Below, one piece after another: positions 40,668-47,850 of a stretch of DNA of 47,850 nt (positions within the stretch are counted from its first letter, which is position 1; every line of letters begins with the position of its first letter). Source of the DNA: an uncultured delta proteobacterium (GTDB lineage: Bacteria > Desulfobacterota > Desulfuromonadia > Geobacterales > DSM-12255); assembly GCA_963787125.1 (NCBI GenBank), contig CAWBBV010000019.1, forward strand, positions 1-47,850, in the 5' to 3' direction. Below the pieces are notes generated by a model. It was not told the origin of the DNA. It did no database searches and was given only the letters and a program-made list of their open reading frames with translations. Position numbers and translations under genes: made by a program.

Positions 40668-43600
40668 AAATACGCCGCGTCTATGGTGTCTTTATTCTCC
40701 TGTTTGGCCTGTTGCTGGCGGGCGCATTTACTTGCCAGTGGCTGCTGAAGACGCCTGCCGGATTCAGTTGGATCCTGCAAGCAGTATCACGACATACACC
40801 AGTAACAATTACCGCTCGCACAATCAACGGCGGACTCGGTTCTCCCTTGCGCATCGAGGGGCTCTCGGTTCACTGGCCCAACGGAGAGCTGACCGTTGCA
40901 AAACTCCAGTTGCGCTACCAGCCACTGCTGCTACCATTTGGCAGTCTGGCGGTAGAAGAATTGACCCTCTCAGGTGTACGCTTCCGGAACCTTTCGCCGT
41001 CGTCCGGCACCGGTCAGGAATTCGCGTGGCCCCACATAAGCGGTCTACCGACCATGGTAGATGCCTGGATCGATCGGATTAACCTCAAGGAATGCACTTA
41101 CCAATACAAGGATCAACCGTCGATTATCTTGCCGGATTTTTCGGCAGCTCTCTACTGGCGAGACTCCCATCTGAGCATCACCGAAATTGCTCTAATAACT
41201 AAACATGGGCGGATCTCCGGGATGATCACCGCCGGCTTCAACCGTCCTGCACTCTTCTCGGCTCTGACCTTTGCCCCTCTGCATCCACTTGCCGGCTGCG
41301 ACCGACTGGAGTTTCGCACCAGGCTTACTGCCCCCCGCCAGTCGGCTGAACAGCTTGCTGGAAAGCTCACCACAACCGCATTTACCGGTAAAAACGTACG
41401 ATACAGCCTGCTCGGCACAATCGGGCTGACCAGAAAGGAACTGAATCTGGACTGTTTGACCCTGACAGAGAGCGGACGCAAAGGCGAAATTCAGGTAAAC
41501 GGAACGCTAGCGTTGACTGGCAAGGCCCTCCTGCTCCTCAGTGCAACTGGGCTTGAGCTGTCGCCAGACTCGGACAACCGCACGACTCTGTCCGGCACTC
41601 TCGATCTAAGTGGTGAAGTCGGGCACTACAGCGGTCACTATAAACTTGCCACCAACGGGAAAGGTTGGCGTAACAGCAACCTGACAGGCATGTTGAGCGG
41701 TAACAGCGATAGCGTTACCCTCTCCGGCATCAATTCCGACATTCTCGCCGGGAAAGTTACTGGCAATCTCCTGGTAGACTGGCGGCATGAACTGATAGTG
41801 AAAAGTGCGCTGCAGGGGGCGGGGCTCGACCCAGCTATTGTGGAGCCGACTTGGAACGGGGAGATCAACTTCGATCTGAACAGCATGGCAGCCTGGTCCA
41901 AAGGTCAAATGCGGCACGCACAGGGGACCGGGCGGCTGCGATCTAGCAGGCTGCGCGGCAAAGTGCTCACCGGAAAAATTGCGGCTTCACTGCAGGATGA
42001 CGACATTGTGATTGAGCAACTACTCCTTACCGGTAAAGGTTTTGACATCGCAGCCGTCGGAGCTCTCAGTAAACGCCTTAATTTGACGGCAAACATAAGC
42101 GACCTCTCCTCTCTCATACCCCAGACCAAAGGCAGACTGGCACTCAAGGGATGGGGCCGCTACGTCGCAGGGTTTATCAGCGGCGCCATGGTCGGTCAAG
42201 GCTACGATCTAGCTGCGGCCGGGGTGCAGGTCAGATCTGCCGGACTAAGCGGCAGCTTTTCCGATGGGCCAGGACGCACGCTGGACTGTGTCGCCGAGAT
42301 GACCGGTGTTTCGTATCATGGTCTGCAAGTGGAGCATGCTACGGTTAAGGCCGACGGCACCAAGAGCAGCCACAGCGTAACGCTGACTCTCAACTCTTCA
42401 GGAGCAGAGGTTATGGCACGGGTTGCCGGAAGCTACGCGGACAAAAAGTGGCAAGGGGAGCTATCAGGCTTGTCCGGCCAGGATCAGGTCGGCCCTTGGC
42501 AACTGGCAGCTCCCGCCAAACTGATGATATCACCGCACGCAGTCACCATCAGTTCGGTAAAACTGACCGGTTTACCGTCCGAGCGGGCCGAAGTGTCCGC
42601 AAATGTGCAATTGCATCCGCTGCAGATCACTGCTGAAGCTGCCTGGAACGGGATTGATCTCTCCCGAACGGCCCCGTGGCTGCTGACAGCCAGACTTGCA
42701 GGACAGAGTGCCGGCAGCATACGCCTGGAAATGCCGTCTGCCGACCAAATGACTCTGAACGGGAAGATAGCTGCTTCCGGGAGAATAACCATTGACAACC
42801 AGAGCGTGACCGTCAGCAAGGCTTTGTTAGATCTGGATGCCAGTGAGCGAGGCACAAGAGCAACGCTACTGCTCAGAACCGAGGAGGGGCTCGGCCTTAC
42901 CGGTCGGTTTACGTCTCCGGAACCCGCCACCCTGGCCATTCCTGACCGCGGGGTGCTGCAAGCTTCGTGGGAGGGACTTGACCCTGCACTTGCCAGAAGG
43001 TGGTTCCCCGGAGAGCTAGATCTGGAGGGACGACTGGCAGGCGAACTCACCGGAAAGCTTCACCCAGGACAGCGCTTCGACCTGATCGGAACGTTAACCC
43101 TGGCAGACGGCAAAGCAAAATGGCACGGAAAAGAGCAGGAGTTTAACACTGTGATCCCCACGGCAAAGCTCGCCTGGAACTGGCAGGAAAATTCGCTGCA
43201 AGGAGGAGTGTCGTTGTCACTGGCTACTCTAGGCGAATTAAGAGGTACATTCCATTTACCGTTGCCGACATGCTTAAATACTGCTTTTGACCCTGCTGGC
43301 CCGGTCAATGGCTCAATCAACGTCAATCTTATTGACAAGGGAATCCTTGCAGCTCTCTTTCCAGTCAAACTGCGGGATACCAAGGGCAATCTTGAAGTCG
43401 ATCTGCAGCTTGCTGGAACCTGGCAGGCACCTGCTCTCAGCGGGACGATCGAATTAGAGCAGGCCACGGTTTACTTCCCTACCGCAGGCATTCGGTTGGC
43501 TGATTGGCGGTTGACCGCCGACCTTGAAGGGGGAATTTTGCCCGATCAGCACCGGGATGCCGCTACAAGCAAACTACTAAACCTGACAATTACGGCATCA

Positions 43601-45472
43601 GCTGCCGGAGCGGCACTCATGGGTAAGCAGACCGTTACTATCGACAAAGCCCTTTTGACGCTTGATGCAGGCAGCCATGGTACGGACGCCTCGCTGGAGT
43701 TCAGGACCATTGAGGGAGTGTCTATCACAGGCCAGTTCAATTCGCATGAACCGGCAACCATACATTTACCTTCCCATGGCAAGCTGAGTGCTTCGTTGTA
43801 TGGTCTCGATGCAACATTGGCAAAACAATGGCTCCCTAAAGAGCTTGATCTTCAGGGGCAACTTTCCGGTAAACTCACCGGAGAACTGCTTCCACAGAAA
43901 CGTTTTGACCTGAACGGTACAGTCTCATTAACTGATGGTAAAGGCTACTGGCGTGAAGAGGGGCAGCAGCTGACTGCTGATGTCCGGACCTCTGAACTTA
44001 ATTGGAACTGGCGGAATGAATCCTTAAACGGCTCATTCTCGCTATCATTAGCCAGGTTCGGCGAAGCCATTGGAAGCTTTCAGCTACCTTTGCCGGCGCG
44101 CATTACTACCTGTCTGGTATCAACCGGACCGGTAAGTGGAAAAATCAGCGGCAGAGTCCAAGAGAAAGGGATTCTCACTTCACTGTTTCCCGGTCTGTTT
44201 CAGGAGACCAAGGGCCTGCTAGGTGTAAGTTTAATAGTCGGAGGAACCTGGCAATCGCCAACCTTAACCGGCACTGCAGAACTGACTAATGCAGGAGCGT
44301 ATCTCCCTACAAGCGGAATCCGGCTTGAAGATGTTCAGCTTTCAGCCAGGCTTGATGGCACCCAAGTGTTGATTGATTCTTTCAAGGCAAGGTCCGGAAC
44401 CGGTATCCTGCAAGGATCAGCCGACCTGTCGTTTAATGGCAAAAAACTGACTGGTTACCGGGGCGTCCTGCGCGGTAAACAGTTTCGGGCCGTCCATCTT
44501 CCAGAGCTTGAACTTCTTATTGATCCAGACCTCTCCTTTGAAGGAAACATGGATAAAATCTCTGCCAATGGCCTGCTGCGGATTCCGGAGATGCAGGTAA
44601 ACAGTTTAAAATCCTCAGCTGTGATCAAACCAAGCAGGGATGTGATTATACAGAGATTGGATAGTACTCCAGCAAAGGAACCTTGGCCAAAACTGGATCT
44701 GCAGGTGAAATTACTGCTTGGGGACCGGGTATTTGTCAAGACCGAAGGGTTGGATGCAAGACTCGAAGGTGACCTGAATCTGCAGATAACCAGTCCGACC
44801 AATATCAAAGGCAGTGGCGAGATCAGAGTGGCAAAGGGAAGTTTTCACTTATATAATGTCAGTCTGGATATCAAGAGGGGAAGAGCGTTATTTCCGGGAG
44901 GTCCTGTGGAGCGGCCGACCCTCGATATCCTGGCCTTGAGGGAGGTCGAAAATGTTAAAGCAGGGGTAACGATCACAGGCACGCCGGAAGCACCGCTACT
45001 CAAACTATATTCTGAGCCGACGATGCCAGAAACGGACATTCTCGCATATCTAGTTCTGGGTAAAAAACCTGGAACAAACGGCGAGCAGAGCGGTCTGCTG
45101 CTTCAGGCTGCATCAATGCTAACTTTGTCTAATAAGTCAACAAACCTTCAGGATCAGTTCAAACAGCTGGTGAGTCTCGATTCTATAACTCTCGCATCCG
45201 GAAAAGATCGTAATCCCGGCTACAAACCAATCGAGCCGTCCCTTAATGCCAATTCCAAGAAAAGCACTGATGACAGCGGTGTAGCTAGTACAATGCTGCA
45301 GCTAGGGAAATACCTGACGCCCAAACTTTATGTCAGTTACGGTCGGTCACTCTTCGACGCAAACCAGCAGATAAGAGCCCGTTACACAATCAGTAAGAAG
45401 GTGGAAGTAGAATCAAAAGTTAGCTCGACAGCTACTGGTGGAGACCTGTATTACCTGATTGAGTTGGATTAA
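40664..45472 (+). CDS. tamB: TamB-like (DUF490) protein with internal tandem duplication
   Basis: N-terminal TM anchor, long beta-rich body, C-terminal LYSEPTMPETDILAYLVLG and LGKYLTPKLYVSYG; ATGA overlap with tamA. Confidence 0.9.
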   Translation: MKIRRVYGVFILLFGLLLAGAFTCQWLLKTPAGFSWILQAVSRHTPVTITARTINGGLGSPLRIEGLSVHWPNGELTVAKLQLRYQPLLLPFGSLAVEELTLSGVRFRNLSPSSGTGQEFAWPHISGLPTMVDAWIDRINLKECTYQYKDQPSIILPDFSAALYWRDSHLSITEIALITKHGRISGMITAGFNRPALFSALTFAPLHPLAGCDRLEFRTRLTAPRQSAEQLAGKLTTTAFTGKNVRYSLLGTIGLTRKELNLDCLTLTESGRKGEIQVNGTLALTGKALLLLSATGLELSPDSDNRTTLSGTLDLSGEVGHYSGHYKLATNGKGWRNSNLTGMLSGNSDSVTLSGINSDILAGKVTGNLLVDWRHELIVKSALQGAGLDPAIVEPTWNGEINFDLNSMAAWSKGQMRHAQGTGRLRSSRLRGKVLTGKIAASLQDDDIVIEQLLLTGKGFDIAAVGALSKRLNLTANISDLSSLIPQTKGRLALKGWGRYVAGFISGAMVGQGYDLAAAGVQVRSAGLSGSFSDGPGRTLDCVAEMTGVSYHGLQVEHATVKADGTKSSHSVTLTLNSSGAEVMARVAGSYADKKWQGELSGLSGQDQVGPWQLAAPAKLMISPHAVTISSVKLTGLPSERAEVSANVQLHPLQITAEAAWNGIDLSRTAPWLLTARLAGQSAGSIRLEMPSADQMTLNGKIAASGRITIDNQSVTVSKALLDLDASERGTRATLLLRTEEGLGLTGRFTSPEPATLAIPDRGVLQASWEGLDPALARRWFPGELDLEGRLAGELTGKLHPGQRFDLIGTLTLADGKAKWHGKEQEFNTVIPTAKLAWNWQENSLQGGVSLSLATLGELRGTFHLPLPTCLNTAFDPAGPVNGSINVNLIDKGILAALFPVKLRDTKGNLEVDLQLAGTWQAPALSGTIELEQATVYFPTAGIRLADWRLTADLEGGILPDQHRDAATSKLLNLTITASAAGAALMGKQTVTIDKALLTLDAGSHGTDASLEFRTIEGVSITGQFNSHEPATIHLPSHGKLSASLYGLDATLAKQWLPKELDLQGQLSGKLTGELLPQKRFDLNGTVSLTDGKGYWREEGQQLTADVRTSELNWNWRNESLNGSFSLSLARFGEAIGSFQLPLPARITTCLVSTGPVSGKISGRVQEKGILTSLFPGLFQETKGLLGVSLIVGGTWQSPTLTGTAELTNAGAYLPTSGIRLEDVQLSARLDGTQVLIDSFKARSGTGILQGSADLSFNGKKLTGYRGVLRGKQFRAVHLPELELLIDPDLSFEGNMDKISANGLLRIPEMQVNSLKSSAVIKPSRDVIIQRLDSTPAKEPWPKLDLQVKLLLGDRVFVKTEGLDARLEGDLNLQITSPTNIKGSGEIRVAKGSFHLYNVSLDIKRGRALFPGGPVERPTLDILALREVENVKAGVTITGTPEAPLLKLYSEPTMPETDILAYLVLGKKPGTNGEQSGLLLQAASMLTLSNKSTNLQDQFKQLVSLDSITLASGKDRNPGYKPIEPSLNANSKKSTDDSGVASTMLQLGKYLTPKLYVSYGRSLFDANQQIRARYTISKKVEVESKVSSTATGGDLYYLIELD
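42800..44359 (+). repeat. Diverged tandem duplication within tamB, period 828 nt (276 aa)
   Basis: QSVTVSKALL (42800) matches QTVTIDKALL (43628), and GIRL (43487) matches GIRL (44315); both offsets are 828 nt. Confidence 0.9.
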
Positions 45473-46031
45473 TACCTTTAACTGACTTATTTTCTCAGCC
45501 ACACTATGCCAAAATATTCGGTGCTTGCAAATTCTTACAAGGTCTCATTGCTCACACACGACTAATTCCATTGCTTGACGGTCGCAATCTTCTGCCAACA
45601 TGATGTATGGGTACTGACCTTAGCATGAAAGGTTGCGTATAAGACCGTCTTCAAATTATTATATTTTTTTACAAGCGTATTCTTAAACCAATCCACAAAG
45701 ACTAAAGCATCCTATTCACATTAAGCAAAAGTTGCTGGTAAAAAGTGAATAATTCCAGATAAATATCAAAACGCGATCTTGGTCAGGATCATCTTAAGCT
45801 CCTCAGCGTACTGATCTACTGCTTCGTCGCCCCGATACTCCCGACTGTATTTCATCTTGGGTTTATTATTGGAACAATACAGATGTGGGATTATTATGCC
45901 TAGATTGATACCGTTCATGGCAATATTCAAACTCTTGCTGCCGATACATTTCACGAATTTGAGTACTACAAATTAGTTTTCCATCTGTCCACAGATTCAT
46001 TTACCTTTTAGTTCCACCAGAAAGCGGACGT

Positions 46032-46067
46032 AAAAAAGCCCACCTCTCAAAAGAGAAGTGGGCTTTT
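46032..46067 (-). terminator. rRNA operon terminator
   Basis: AAAAAAGCCCAC-CTCTCAAAAGAGAA-GTGGGCTTTT hairpin directly after 5S, with a T6 tail on the minus strand. Confidence 0.85.
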
Positions 46068-46076
46068 AATAAAATT

Positions 46077-46193
<117 letters not shown>

Positions 46194-46336
46194 AATCGTT
46201 TGGCTTTGACTTATAGTCATTGCCTGATTTTATCTCGTCAATTGCATATCGATTGTGATTTGTAGTTTGCTGTACTTTAGTTTGATTGTATATCGGTTGG
46301 GGCGGTTTGACCCGCCCCTTCCGTTTTCTTTTTTTA

Positions 46337-47850
<1,514 letters not shown>

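Overview
The window looks like three unrelated pieces of DNA joined together. (A) 1-~335 is a 5'-truncated, frameshifted fragment of a Mu-B/ExeA-like AAA+ ATPase. (B) ~335-5125 is a Planctomycete-like segment in which every gene carries single-base indels: a zincin peptidase coupled to a non-canonical Ddl-like ATP-grasp ligase, a membrane protein, and a 5'-truncated M61 peptidase with a PDZ domain. (C) ~5125-47850 is a clean Geobacteraceae-type chromosome segment. It runs SPFH protein (5'-truncated), Zn-ribbon protein, SemiSWEET, trmJ, triheme cytochrome c7, M42 peptidase, DUF151, miaB, rpsT, holA, lptE, leuS, a 27-heme c7-polymer cytochrome, a 13-gene chemosensory cluster with no chemoreceptor, der, era, radical SAM, rnc, tmk, holB, PSP1/ricT, metG, tamA, tamB (with a 276-aa internal duplication), 5S rRNA and the 3' half of 23S rRNA. 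No CRISPR array or tRNA was seen. The best candidates for under-described biology are the peptidase/ATP-grasp pair, the chemosensory cluster ending in the 27-heme cytochrome, and the lengthened TamB. All family calls come from reading motifs; no database search was run.
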